Shown piece by piece: positions 32,206 to 46,164 of a DNA stretch of 64,000 nt (within the stretch, counting starts at the first letter, position 1; every line of letters starts with the position of its first letter). A program made the position numbers and the translations under genes. The DNA comes from Callorhinchus milii (Eukaryota), in NCBI RefSeq assembly GCF_018977255.1, contig NW_024704742.1, forward strand, positions 24,864,001-24,928,000. The letters run 5' to 3'. The notes under the pieces were generated by a model. It was not told the DNA's origin, did not search any database, and was given only the letters and a program-made list of their open reading frames with translations.

Positions 32206-35200
32206 TATAATCATAATAATTCTTGAATTTGGTACAGCACCTTTCACATCAGAAGGATGTCTCAATGTGCTTCACACGGTATACTGTGAACAGTAGCGAT
32301 GTCCGATTTTGTAGGTGAACACAGTAAACATCACTGCCCTTGTGCTGCACAGTCAGCCTGGCTCAGTTGGTAACACACTTGCTTCTGCGTCAGAAGATTG
32401 TGGGCTCAAGCCCCATATTGGGACCTGTGGAGTCACATAGTGTAAGTTGACACTGCAATCCAGTGCTTGGGGTGTGCTGCATTGTTGGAGGTGCCGTCCT
32501 TCAGATAAGATGTAATTACAGTCAACAGCAATTACCTATGAAGCATTCTGAGACATTTTATATTGTAGGGATAGATCAAATTCAAGAATAATTATAATTT
32601 TATGAAATGTTCTTCGAAAATCCAAGTAAATTGTAGTCACTGGCCACTACTTTAGTTCCTTCCTTCCAATAAATCTGTGCTGGCAACTCCTTACAGTCTC
32701 TATTCTTTTAATTGATAATATTTTGTAAGGTCAAACGTTTTCTCCACCTATTGTTACACTAACTCTTAGAACTCACAGTAAAGCTCTGCTAACTGGCCTG
32801 TGAAAACTGTATGCTGGAAGTCAAACCGATAACCCCACTTCATGTATGTTGGCACTGAGAGCAGAATCATGGAGAATAATAATAATACTTGCATTTGATC
32901 TAACACTTTATCACATCATTGAGGTGTTCTCAAAGCTCTTCACAGAATATATTGTAAAGTAGAATGATTATGTATTTTGCAGTTGAAATGCAGCAGCTAA
33001 TTGTGAACAGCAGGGTCCCACAAACAAACCTGGATCGAGTGACCATTATTACCCTGGAATGTGATCCACCAATCGACCAACAACCGGGTTCCTACTTACC
33101 CCTAGATAAACAGAGGCATGTGGAGGAAGGAAACTTGCCTAAGGTTTACCCTGCCCAGGTATGAAACTTAGGTCCTCTCGTTTGCAACCCGAGTGCTCTA
33201 ACCAATATGGTATGGGACTCCACAATGAGGTGTGAGTCCATCTGAAATATCTGGGTACCTCCTTTTCAATACTTTGGAATTTTTCAAATTGAATCCACAT
33301 TTTAGACCTCAGTGTACAATAACCATGTATTTCATTACCATTAGCAGTTTTTCTTGATGGACTGGCAGAGATCATATTCAGCACTGCCATGGGAGCCCAC
33401 AGCTATTCTGTAACTCTGCATGGATACAATTGTGACCATAGTTGTTTTACCTGTGGCTCATTCCTCTATGCCTTAGTGGCAGGTTAACAGATCCTCAGCA
33501 AGCTTCATCAGCAAGGGATAGCTCCAGGGATTCAGCAGTGGTAACTAATGATTGTTATAAGAACAAAATCGCATTGAATGAGAAAAGCTTAATTAACATA
33601 ACACTATTCTCTCTTACCAACAGACCGTCTATGATTTGCACAATCGCAGACTAAACTCAACTGAAGGAGATCAGTAAATATAGATAAAACAATCTGAAGC
33701 TCTGTGAAATCTTTCCTTGAACCCCCCCCCTAAAGTAATCTCACTGAACTAACATAAGTCTAGGCTATCATCTAACCTGCATATTTCAGCCTTGGTCAGA
33801 CGCATTCCACAGGTGACACGTCCATGGTTGTTGCAGCACAACAATCAATGTTTTATAAAGCTGTTCACTCCATAATGGGACATGAAAGTGCACAAATTGT
33901 TTGCTGCATTCCCTCACAGAAGACTCACTCACTACAATTTGCTGTCAATCTGCAGACATCCAACTGATCTAAAAGACGCTATATAAAATACAAGGATTGT
34001 TATGTTATAATCTTCAGTGCTTCTGTAAGCCAGATGTTCATGCAATTCTTTTTAAAGGAGTTAACCGAAACAAAATTTGCAATGCTCTATTCACAAATCA
34101 GATTTGCTGTGTTAATTGCAATTTCTGATCTACAATGATCAGATTGTGGGATTCACAGTGAAATATATGAATCCCAAACTTGTATATAACCTGAAAATAG
34201 GCTGGTGTGCAAAACATTGGCAAAAAAAAGCTAGTGTTTTGCGGGACTGTTTTTAGAACTTGTAGTATCAGCATTCACAATTTGCTGGCCACTAATTTCT
34301 TAAACAAACTGGAAATTGCAATTCATGCAAGAAATTGGGTTTGCAAATACTGCAAATTAGATTCCACTTGTTGCTTTCTGTGGGATTCTCCTCCCTTCAG
34401 AAATCCTTAATTCTGTGGAAAAAAATAATTGTCTTTATCTTCCATTGCCTCCATGTCTAAAATTGTTTAAATCTTGTTAATTTTGAAATCATGTCCTCCA
34501 GTCTGCAATCAACATTTAAATTAAATAACCATCTTATCTCTTATTCCCTTTCGGTTTTCATTTTTCCCCTAAAAAAACAGAAGGATTTTCCAGGTATCGT
34601 TTATTTTTCAAGGTTCTTCAGAAATCTGTGTAATCTTCATCAGATTGGATGTATCAGAAATTGAGAATTACACATTTTTTTGTAAGAAAAGACACAAATT
34701 AGATCTCATTGTGCCAGAACACACTACAATCGCTCTGGTTTTCCCAACTATGATTTTCCAAGCAAGTCCTCATAAAGGCCCTCTTTAATGTACTTGAATT
34801 AAATAATAATTACCAACTGAATAAATGCCTCTCACAGAGAAGACATGACTGCACTGCCCCAGAGAGACACAGATGAGAAATCCATTGAGTGATTTGAGAT
34901 AGATACATAGATGCATGGGGAGTAAAACTATTCAGTGATAGGATGGGAAGGCAAGGAAGAAGAATTAACGGAGGTTTGTGGTGTGTGAGCAATGATGGTC
35001 AATGGTGGAGCAGCTTCGATTGACCGAATGGCCTTATCTGGTTTAATAATAATAATAATAATCCTTGCATTTGATATAGCAAATATATTGTATATTTGAT
35101 ATATAATTTCCTATGTTCCTATGAACCATATTGAATCAAGTCAACCAATGGTACAGTCACACCAGCAGAAATAGTGACCAACTTTAATAATAATAATAAT

Positions 35201-35999
35201 AATCTTTACACCGTTCACGTCAGGAGGACATCTCAAAGCGCTTCACAGGATATACTGTATGTAAAAAGCATAAGAAATGCTAGATGGAAAAAGTCCAAGG
35301 TCTAATATGCGCACAGCAATGTGCCACAAACAGCCATGAAACGAATGACCAATTTTATTTGGGGATTGTTGGTCAGGACACTGGGAGAAACTCCCTTATC
35401 TTTTCAAATAATGTCATGGGATCTTTACCATCTAACTGAATAGACAGATGGGGCCTCAATTTAACAACTCATCGAAGGACATCACCTCTGACAATGAAAT
35501 GTACCCCTGGGCTGCATTGGAGCATCAATTTAGACTATATGAGTTCCAAGTACCGACATGAGGCTTTAACCTGCAATGGTCTGACTCAGAGGTAAGAGTG
35601 TTACTAAATTGAGAGAGCTACTAAGTGAGCCAAGCTGATACACTTGGTGACGTGCACAAATTATGAGAAATCTCAATATAAATCCATACCACCAAAGTTA
35701 GCTGTGGAATTTCACCTCTTCAGGCTAGTTTTCATGTTGATTTTCATATGTTTTTAATCATTTATTCACTGAATGATAAGTTAAAAATTCTTTTATTCGC
35801 TATTTTCATAAAACTGAATGAACTAAAAAGACTTCAAATCTGTCTCTGATGAGAATGGATTTGTAGAGGGACATTTTCTTTCTCTGAAGTTCTGTTCACA
35901 GCAAAATGCTGCAATAAAAAAAAGGTTGGCAAATGACAAATGCTAAGACCTGCCTCACAAATTGAATGCTCTATCAAACTCTATGGAAATGAGGAATCT

Positions 36000-36905
36000 T
36001 CATGCTTCTGTCCTTGAATGATTCAGATCGTACCTCTCACACCGTCTCCACTTCATCTCCACAAACGGTTTCTCCTCTAGCTCTTGCACCATCTCGTTTG
36101 GTGTTCCTCAGGGCTGTCCTTGGTCCCCTCCTCTTCAATATCTATATGTTCCCTCTTGGTGATATCATCCAGATATGGGGTCAATTTCCACATGTATGCG
36201 GATGCCCCCAATCTCTGTGCTGCCACCCGTGACTCCAGGACCAATGCTGTCCTGACAGAATGTCTGTCTGATATCAAGTCTGGATGACTATCCCACATCC
36301 ATGCCATGACCTACTCTGACTTCTACCAACTCCACAACCTTGCCCGGCTCTGCCACTGTGTCGCACCGCAGGCCGCCGAAACCCTTGTACACGGATTCAT
36401 AACATTCAGGCTTGACTATGCAAACTCCTTGCTTGTCGGCCTCCCCAACTCTTCCCTCCGTAGGCTGCAGATAATCCAGAACTCTGCAGCCTGCGTCTTC
36501 TCCTGCACTAGGCTCCGTGACCCTATCACCCCCATCCTCGCCCAACTCCACTGGCTCCCCCCTACCTCTGTGACCTCCTAATCCTAACCCTCCACTCAGC
36601 AGGTTCCGGCCTGCTTCACATTCCCCACTTCGCCCGCCCAATTGGCAGGTGGGCATTCAGGCACTCTACCCCCACCCTCTGGAACTCCATCCCACAGTCC
36701 CTCCACCTCGTCCCCTCCCTTTCCTCCTTCGAGACCCATCTCAAGACCCTCCTCTTCGACCGTGCTTTGATCACCCACCTTCCGCCCCTGCCCTCCACCC
36801 TCCCCAATCCCGACCCACAGCTCAGGTATGAAACACTGATTGTCCAGCGCCTTGCGATGTCCTCCCGACGTGAAAGACGCTATACAAATGTAATTTTGTT
36901 GTTGA
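36000..36905 (+). mobile_element. Decayed L2-type LINE fragment
   Basis: [29 protein letters not shown]; shared 3' end. Confidence 0.88.
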
Positions 36906-37231
36906 ATGAATCTCTAAAGTTAAAAGAACAAATATGGATTCTGAGTGCGAAATTTGTCTGGGAGGAAGTGCTGCACTGACACTACAATTCTCATCATTAT
37001 TTATCTTTGTAAATGCATAATGAATTGATAAAAATAATTTATGGCTTTGGTGGGACTCAACCAGCGTGTGGTGGGAGAGGAAGGAGCCAAACTGGAAGAT
37101 GGTGGCTTGTTCCAGTATTTTGGAGAGGAAGAGCAAGTTAGAGATACGTTGGAGGTAACTGGAGAGCATGGAAGGCTTGAGTGAGGATTTCTTGGGATAG
37201 GGTGATGACTGCAATTTTGAAAGGCAATATA

Positions 37232-37597
37232 AGGAGTCATATGGCATAGTGGTTAGAGAGCTTGTCTCGCAAGTGAGAGGACCTGGGTTCAATTCTGGGG
37301 CAGGGCAAAACATTAGGTAGGTTTCCTTACTCCACACACCTCTGTTTATCTAGCAGTGAGTAGAAAACCGGCTGTTAGTCGATTGGCGGATCCCTCCAAA
37401 TAACAAATAAATAATAATAATTTTGGCACTCGATCCAGGATCGTTTGTGGGACACTGCTCCGCGCAATTGGCAGCTGCGTTTTGCCCACAAAATGACAGT
37501 CACGACACTTTACAGTATATTTCGTGAAGCGCTTTGAGACATCTCCACAATGTGATAAAGTGCTATATCAAATGCAAGGATTATTAGTACTATTATG
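37232..37597 (+). mobile_element. tRNA-derived SINE family A, full-length copy
   Basis: A box TGGCATAGTGG, B box GGTTCAATTC, body, then an L2-like tail ...GTGAAGCGCTTTGAGAC...ATATCAAATGCAAGG(ATT)n. The same tail recurs at least 15 times (e.g. 1143, 9636, 12252, 16368, 42450, 45355, 53405, 56935). Confidence 0.85.
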
Positions 37598-38172
37598 TAA
37601 ATGTAGATTACATTGTATTATTTTGTAAATGAAAAATATACAGATAAAATATATGGTGAATGTTACTAATGAGGTTTGTCATATAGTTTAGTATAGTTTA
37701 ATTAAAGCATGTATTTATTAAGTTTAACATATAATCCACACATTGACCGTTGACATGCTCAGGTGAGAGATGGTACAACTGAAAAACATAACTTATGAAC
37801 TTACATGTTATGCCGTACCGATATTGATAAATTATTCTGATTTTATTGCTATTTTCTAATACAATAGAAACAAAAATTCTTTCGAAAACAAATCAAATGT
37901 AATCCTTACATTTATAAAATACTTAGGCTTTTTTGTTGGCAAATAAAACACATCAATGACAGAGTAAAGTGTTAGGAGAAACAAACTTACTTTAATAATA
38001 ATGGCATCCAAAGAAAATACATTTGAAAGGGGAATTGTGATTATTCCCTTATACTGTGAGCAGTACACATTCACTCATGAATCAGCTTATTTCAGATGCA
38101 AGTTCTACTGCTATCAATCATCAAGGAGAAATCAAAATGTATTTCTTCGATGGGATGGGAGCCATTCTTTTA

Positions 38173-38357
38173 CTAATTGTCGCCCCTTGGCATATCTTGT
38201 GTCTGTTCTTGTTCAAGGTGCTGTAGTTCTGAGTATCTCCTGATTGGTATGATTTTCATTGTGGTTTCTTTGAGAGAGTACCAGCGGTCCCGCCATGTTG
38301 CCCAGATAATGCCATTGTCAAACCCACTGGGAGTCTGGTCAGCTGTGTAGTGTCCAC
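38173..38357 (-). CDS. FGG: Fibrinogen gamma chain exon 9 (terminal)
   Basis: Not in the ORF track. [61 protein letters not shown] then TAG TAA. The spliced CDS is 1302 nt (433 aa). Confidence 0.96.
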
Positions 38358-41300
38358 CTGAAACACGGTCAACGATAAATACCTTTCAGATAAACAGTCT
38401 TTAGCACCATAGCCGACAGTAAATACTGAAAGTAAAGCTACACATTACTTTATGGTCCCACAATAGTTTCAATGGGGGCATTTTATCACAACTGTCTTTG
38501 TCTTTATAATAGCTAATCTCGGAGGCACAGAAAGTCTTCTTGAATAGATTCTAGTACTTTAAATTTTAGATGCACCCAAAGTGCTGGGATGAGTACACAA
38601 ACATGTCATGTTTCAGGTGGTGATCCCTATATTTGTGAAAAAAAATCCTCTGTCTTTCACTGTAAATAAATACAACCTTTTCGCTTCATCTTTGTCTAAG
38701 TAACTATTTCCTCTCCCCCCCGCCCCCCAAAAAATTAGCAATAAGATGAAAAAGTGTTCCTTGGGAAAATGTTAGTGTAAATGGAGCCTGGCTGCCGGGA
38801 AAGCTCTTCACACTATAAACTGTATTTCCAACAGGGAAACCCATATACGTCAGTCAGCTTGATCTGTGTGACCTCGGATCTCTGTTCAATTTAACACTAT
38901 CCAAAAAATACTGCACTTCTTAAAAAAAAAAAATTTCCACAAGAATTAATCATTGTTTTCACAATAATTACTGATGTTCGTTGACAGGAAGGTCAACGCT
39001 AAGAATTACAGGAGGACCCTGTTTAGGCATGGTTGTCTGCATATCTTACACACCTCATTGAAAAGGAGCTGTGTAAGATATGCAGTAAAGGCACTTCCTG
39101 CGTGCTGTACATGTGTGCAGCATCCCTGACATACTGCCTTCATGAAGTGACTTTTGGTAACCATCAGTAACTACAGTTTACCTAGGTTAAAATCAGATCC
39201 ATGCTCTAGCAAGATGGTTAAATAATGTGCCTATATCTACAGCATCAGCTGTGAAGACTTGCACAATAAGTATCCTTTGGTATCCTTCTGACAACCTAGT
39301 CAGTTAAAAATATAACACTTTCCATGCTAAAATTCATTTCTTATGAATGTGTCCACAAAACTCTAACACTGGAAGATTGCTGTCCAGGACACTGAGATAA
39401 ACTGTCTTCACTAAATTTCTGATGGGGCAGCTGGAATTTGAGGGGAAGTAGAATAAAGTCTTCCATCAGTTGCAAATGTGTCAGCATTTGGTTGAGATCC
39501 TACTTGTCTTTCTCATAACTTAGTTTATCCAAAACACAGTCCCAGTTATCTGTAGATCCAACACTATTTGATCAGTACTAACTGACCAACTCTTAAAAAT
39601 GGTCAAAATCGTATTGAAGAATTGTACAACAAATGATTCAACTCTACAAAGAACTATAACAATCCATGAAGCAAACACTTTTTTCAGCACCCCTTTTGAG
39701 AAACTTATAACCCCTATTCACTCTGTCATTGAGTCTCATATGGATTACTATCAGCAGCTTCTCTCCTAACCTCTCTTCAAGCCCCATGTTGGGATTTTAA
39801 ACCCACAACCTAAGATGATATTCCAGGGCACTGTTGCTGGAAACGCGGCATTGCTGCTTTCCAGTTGAGCTGTTAAATCAAGGTTCTGTCTCCCTGTTCA
39901 GGTGGACCTTAAAGGTCCTGTGGCACCATTGGAAAAGAGTTCCCCCAGCACTCTACTGGAATGTCGGCCTCTTCTATGATCTAAAGTCGCAACATGGGGC
40001 TTGAACCCACAACCTTCTGACTCTGAGATGAGAGTCCTACTGACTGAGCCAGGCTGACTCTTAACTATTTAACCTGCACTCTTTCCCCTGGGGTCCATTA
40101 ATATGCCTTACAAAAGTTTTCTAATAAGGACTTGCAATTTTCCTTAAAGTTCTTCCTTTATAATTAACTTTATGAAAGTAAGGGTTTATGCTACTGAACA
40201 TATACCAGTTATCCATCCTGGACCTCAGTCAGAAGGACAAGTACACATAATAAATTACATGTAACTGCTCTGATTAATTCTGATTAAAAACTGATTTACA
40301 CCAATTCATGACAAACCATAGATTCCTGCTCTTCCATTGGTCTATTGGGGAAACATAACCCGTAGCTGGGCTACATTTTTTTAGGTATCCACCAAACATG
40401 CTCAGCAGAATCTGTGTAGAATTGCTCTTTCCTGGTAACCTTTGTTGCAAACTGTTGCTGAATGTGATTACCACAGCATCTCCAGAGCATGGTACAGTTT
40501 TCAGCTTTACCTGTTGGTTTGGCTGAGTTGGTAGCACTCTCATTTCTGGGGCAGAAGGTTGAGCTCACTGTCTAGACTGATGGAGCTGATGGCTCAAACC
40601 TGCACTTGTTGGATATCTAGTGACCAACCAGCAACTATCCTCCTTGGGGAGAGTTAAGTAGGGTCACCTTGGGGCTGAGCTGGCTCAAAAATGACATGCT
40701 AGGCAACCGAATGTCAGAATCAAGTCAACTTTCTGTGGCAGTCTTGGTAGTCCAGTTCTTGAGCCGGGTGGGTCTGCAGTACTTCAAAGCATTGTTGATG
40801 ACAGATGAGGCAGCATAGATCAGTAGCAGCAATTGTTGGACAAACCAGTCAATGGGAGCAGGGATTCTCACTCTTGCTTATCCTGCAAGACAAAGCCCTA
40901 ATGGATAGGGTGATTCTACCTGGATATGTACTGGGAAGATTGCCAGACAAGCTATGCTGAGTTGAAGCTGTTTAAACGCCTGTATTATTCTGATGCACAC
41001 TCGTGATTCCCAAAGCCTTGCTCAACCTATGCCTAATACTCCCCAGAATTAGACAAGCAGGGTGTATCCCTTTGGGGAGATAGTGCGCGTTCGATTCCAG
41101 AAATTTCCTTGTGCATAGGTGGCATACATATGTGGAAGACTCAATCTAGTTTGAATACTCTTAAGCATGGTGGTGGGATTCCATGTGTTAGCCACAAGAC
41201 TAACCAAAAACAAAAATGAAGACAGCAAATTAAATCTCATTCAGTCAACACGTGACAGTCAACATCAGACTGGTCCCAAACACCAGATCTGGTCTTAGAA

Positions 41301-41379
41301 GGTTCTAGGTTTGAATCCAGGTAGTGGATAGACAACTCAGCCCTTAAGTTTTTCAAAGCTGATAACATGAGCAACAACA

Positions 41380-41790
41380 CGTTAGGAGGATGTCCCAAGG
41401 CGCTGGACAATCAGTGTTTCAGACTTGAGCTGGGGGTTGGGATCGGGGAGGGTGGAGGGCAGGAGGGATGGAGGGTGACTGAAGACAGGGTCGAAGAGGA
41501 GGGTCTTGAGATGGGTCTTGAAGGATGCAAGGGAGGGGGTGATGCAGAGGGACTGTGGGATGGAGTTCCAGAGGGTGGGGCAGAGTAGCAGAAGGTTCAC
41601 CCGCCAATGGTGAGGCGGGCGAAGCAGGGAACGTGAAGTAGGCTGGAGCCCGCTGAGTGGAGGTAGCGAGCGGGTTGATAGGGGTTTAGAAGTTTGCAAG
41701 GCCATGGAGGGCTTTGAAGGTGAGGACCAGGATCTTGAACTGTATCCCCTGTGTAATGGGAAGCCAGTGGAGTCAGGCGAGGATAGGGTG
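41380..41790 (-). mobile_element. L2-type LINE 3' fragment in FGG intron 8
   Basis: PTLWNSIPQSL...LASFKTHLKTLLF and the shared 3' UTR. Confidence 0.82.
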
Positions 41791-42642
41791 AGAGCACATT
41801 TCCATACTAGTGCTTTTATCAATCACCTAGCTCTTTAGTTCATAGTTGTTTTCACCGTTGACTGGAAGGACATTTTATGGAATGGACTAGATCTATGCAC
41901 TCAATTTTTCTTCCCCAAATTTACACACTTTTACATAGAGAAGCTACGTATAGTCGTCTGTCTCAGAACCAAATGGCACTCATTCTTTCAGTATAGTCAA
42001 GTCCAAATGTCAGCTTTACTTGAAATTGAACCAAGGATAGCTTACTGGGTTATTACCACTGTGCTGCTAGTGATGACAAACTGAAATAAAACACACCTTT
42101 ACAGCATCTTTGAATACTATTTTGATATGATGAAAAGCCTCTGTAATACAAATTATTTCCATCTTCTTTGCACAAGGCAACAGAATATCAACCTCCCAGT
42201 GTCACTCCAAACATAATCCGATAGGAGTCAGTGAGAGTTCTTTATTACATTTTAAAACATTTTAGGGCATGTGAAATGAATATTTTTTTTGGGGGGGAAT
42301 TTTGATTAATGTTGTTTTTCAGCTTCTGACAAGAGCTGTCTGTAATTTAAATGTAAGTTGCTGATGGGTATTGCAGTATTACTCATTCAGATCACATTCA
42401 GATTATTCAACGGATCGCTTTCTGGGGCTAATAATCCCTTAACGAAAATAATATTAATAATTTGGTCACTCAGTCCACGACTGTTTGTGGGACACTGCTG
42501 TGCACAATTGGCTGCTGTGTTTGCCCACAAAATATACAGTCAATTCACTTTACAGTATATCCTGTGAAGCATTTTGAGACGTCTTGACACCGTGATAAGG
42601 TGCTATTTCAAATGCAAAGATAATTATTAGTAATATCATTAC

Positions 42643-42920
42643 CTTGGTAGTAGTTGCCGTTAAGGTTTGCAGCATGGCATTTGTTCATCCACCAACCGGA
42701 TGTATCCTGTAGAGCACAGTTCCCATCGTACGCATCATTATCCTGGTCGGCTGTGCTGAACTTCATTCCATTGATCCTAGTGTAGAATTTGTCACTCACA
42801 TCTTCTTTGAAGGCAAAGCCTTCAAAGGCATTTCCTGCGCTTCCCCTGTCAAAGAAGCTGTAGATCAAGCGATAGCCCTCTTCCTCGCTGGCCACTTTAA
42901 ATCCATTGTAAAAAGCATAA
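42643..42920 (-). CDS. FGG: Fibrinogen gamma chain exon 8
   Basis: [20 protein letters not shown]...[39 protein letters not shown] (Ca loop; hole-a Q329/D330/H340 equivalents); 278 nt. Confidence 0.97.
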
Positions 42921-44019
42921 CTGAAGGAAAAGAAAAGGTGACAAACATAGTGAGTATTCTGTAGCAGGATTCAGTGTGGTGGAGAAGTGCTTCATCCCCT
43001 CTTTGTTACCTGCAGCAACTGCAACAAAAAGCTCGTCTTCTCTAATAATGGGGTTGTTTTGCTCTTTTGATGGCATTTCTGAGCTCAGTGGCAAATGGGC
43101 ATTGAAGGAAGTAATTTGAGAGGTTCCTAGGGAGTAACTCCATAAGAACCTTCCAAATCATTTTCTTCAACGGCCATTTGCCACGACCCAAGGTAATACC
43201 AAAATAAATGGTAGTGCCTTGTGCCATCTTCCAAACAGCAACATTGGTGGTTGATCAATTTGGTTCTGAATTACTTGACATAGGAACATAGGAACAGGAG
43301 AAAGCCATTTAGCCCCTCAAGCCTGTTCTGCCATCATGATTGATCTGTACCTCAACTCAAATTACCCGCCCTTTCCCCATATCACTTGATACCTTCAGCA
43401 ACCAAAATCTGTCCACCTCACTCTTGAAAATTTTAATGAATTCAGTATCCATAGCCTTTTGGGAGAGAGCTCCAGACTTCCACTACCCTTTGCGTGAAAA
43501 AAATGCTTTCTGATTTCACTCCTAAATGGCCTAGGTCTAATTTTGAGAATTCTCCAGACCTGGAGAAGAGAGAGATGTGTCCAATAACTCAGAGAGGACT
43601 GAGGAGAGGTAATCATAGGGGAGGGGGGAGTGGGGGGGTGTCTTAGTGAAGGTGTGCATATAAACCAAGTGGTTTGTACAGATTTAGGATCTACATTCAT
43701 TATTACAGAAGCTTTGCCTAGATATAACTAGCGCAAATCATTAAAATCTGACTTTTGTAACAAAAAATGTATTTTAATGCAAAGATGCTGGGCTGTTGTG
43801 TAAGATCATGCAATCGTTTTCCATGAACCCTCCTCTTTGAAAAACACACTCTGACCAGCACACAATTTAGTTGTTATATACAAATGATCCAGGACGGCCT
43901 TGGACCAAACTCGCAAAAAAAGTATAAAGTCAATCATGCACTAGACTAGAATATCATGCAATACTAATTTAATATCATTCTGTACTAGAATAATATCATT
44001 CAGTACCACCACCACCAAA

Positions 44020-44600
44020 ACAACAACAAATTGCACTTATATAGAGCCTTTCACATTGGAAGACATCCCAAGGTGTTGGACAGTCAAGAGTTTATACCCA
44101 AGCTGGTGGTTGGAGTCAAGAGGGGTGTAGGGCAGGGGGGATATGGGTAGTAGGGTGACCAAAGGTGTGGCAGAGTGGGTCATGGCACGGATGTGTGGTT
44201 TAAAAGACAGTTGAGAGTCGAACAAGACACCAAGGTTCCATACTAGCTTGGTAGGTGGACAATAACATTGCTGTCAGGCTCAAGGTGAGGAGATGCTGAC
44301 GGGAGCCAAGCTGGAGGGCTTGTCTTGTTGATGTTCAAATGGAGATAGTTGGCTCTCATTCAGAACTTGATGTCTGACAGGCATTCAGTCAGGACTTCAG
44401 TGGTCCAGGAGTTGAGGGTGGAGGCAGAGAGACAGAGTTGGATGTCATCTGCATACATGTGGAAATTAACCCTATGTCTGTGGATGATGTCACCGAGTAG
44501 GAGCATGTAGATATTGAAGAGGAGAGGGCCAAGGACAGAGCCCTGAGGCTGCATGTGATGGTGTGAGGGCAGGAAAAGAAACTGTTAGTTGGATATAAAG
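44020..44600 (-). mobile_element. Decayed L2-type LINE fragment in FGG intron 7
   Basis: PQGSVLGPLLFNIYM...FHMYADDIQL; (TTG) tail. Confidence 0.85.
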
Positions 44601-44776
44601 TGGAGATGATGGGAAAGGTAAGACTAGTTTAATAGCAGGTGGTACAAGAATAGTATCATGCAATATTAGTTTAACACCACGTTTTTAAACACAACTATCA
44701 AATTATTCAACTTTTTTAAGCTTGATCAAATCAAACAGCCCTATCATACTGTTTACAAGGATGAGAAAAACATTAC

Positions 44777-44961
44777 CTTTCCTCACCACTCCAGTCCTTT
44801 AGCGTTATTTTGAGTAGATAGGGTCTGTGCTGCTGCATAGTTAATAAATGCATCTTCTCATTGCCAAGCCAGAACTCAGTCCTATCAGCAGGTGACAAGT
44901 ATCCAAAGCCTTCTTTGTACTGAACCCAGTTCTTGTAAAAGTTCACACTGCCATCGAGTCT
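44777..44961 (-). CDS. FGG: Fibrinogen gamma chain exon 7
   Basis: [41 protein letters not shown]...; 185 nt. Confidence 0.97.
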
Positions 44962-45057
44962 CTAAAACAGATTCAAAGTGAATAGTGAAATCAATTCACA
45001 CTTTTTATTTCACTTGAAAAGTCTGCTTGTCCATGTGATGTAATGTATTATACATAC

Positions 45058-45191
45058 CCTTTGCAGCACTGTCCATCCTCTCCCTGCTGAGTCTATCTCA
45101 CAATACACTAAGAATTGCTGTTTGGTTCTATCAGGCTTGATATAGTAAAGACCACTTTTTCGAGCCCCCTTGTCAGCAATTTCCTGACAGT
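45058..45191 (-). CDS. FGG: Fibrinogen gamma chain exon 6
   Basis: [20 protein letters not shown]...[20 protein letters not shown]; 134 nt. Confidence 0.97.
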
Positions 45192-45605
45192 CTGCAAAGG
45201 ATTACATTTACATTTCATGCCCAGTTTCTTGTAACAAAGCAATAGTTGCAGTAAAACAGCAATTTATCTTAATTCCAAAGAAAAATGTCAAAGTAAATTC
45301 TTACAAATACAGAACTAATCACCTAAAGAGGAAAATCTTTATTGTAGTTCAAATAAATAAATAATTTGGTCACTCAATGCACGATTATTTGTGGGACACC
45401 GCTGTGCACAATTGGCTGCTGCATTTTACCCACAAATACGCAATCAATCCACTTTACAATATATTCTATGAAGCGCTTTGAAACTTCTTAATGACAGAGA
45501 CGTCTGATTGATAAGGTGCTATATCAAGTGGAAGGATTATTATTATTATAGATGCTCTTTAACTGCAGTAATAGAATTTCTGTCTATAGACAAATGGACA
45601 CTAAC

Positions 45606-45736
45606 CTCGACCTGTGACTTCAAAGATTTCTATAGTGTCTCGACACGTCTTTCCACACCGTGCGTGAAGTTCTTGAGTCGTTCTCTTCAAGCGACTTATT
45701 ACTTCGCGGTTCGATGACAGTATGCTTTCTATTTCA
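45606..45736 (-). CDS. FGG: Fibrinogen gamma chain exon 5
   Basis: EIESILSSNREVISRLKRTTQELHARCGKTCRDTIEIFEVTGR (CxxxC ring); 131 nt. Confidence 0.94.
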
Positions 45737-45955
45737 CTGTTTGAAAAAAAATACTAAATGATTCATTGACTCAGAGAGGTAGAGACCTGTATGTCGAACA
45801 CACCTGCAGATTGAATTATTTAAAGGCTAAATAGAATGTAGAAACTGGTCTTCTGCTAGAAGAAAATCTGTCTCTATACAAAACCATCCACCACCCCACC
45901 ATTACATGCCGGATCACTTGATGATGTACTGCGTAACACAATCTCAAATGCCTAC

Positions 45956-46040
45956 CGCAATTCGACGTTCTTGTCTTCGCTGACTCTCTCAAATCTGAAA
46001 ATGTCTGTCTGGATGTCCCGAATCCTTTTGATGAATGTGT
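45956..46040 (-). CDS. FGG: Fibrinogen gamma chain exon 4
   Basis: DTFIKRIRDIQTDIFRFERVSEDKNVELR coiled coil; 85 nt, phase 1-2, fitting both neighbours. Confidence 0.85.
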
Positions 46041-46164
46041 CTTTCAGACATAATCAAATAATAGGAAATTAAAGGCATGAAAATCAAGGCATGAGAGTCA
46101 ATCTAAACTCAATTTTTTAATAAATATGAATTTGTCTCAACTTTTGTGCACATAGAATTATTAC

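Noticed and set aside
37232..37310. tRNA gene (A and B boxes present)
   Set aside because: No convincing cloverleaf, and it continues directly into a SINE body and tail; the same holds for the other A/B-box hits.
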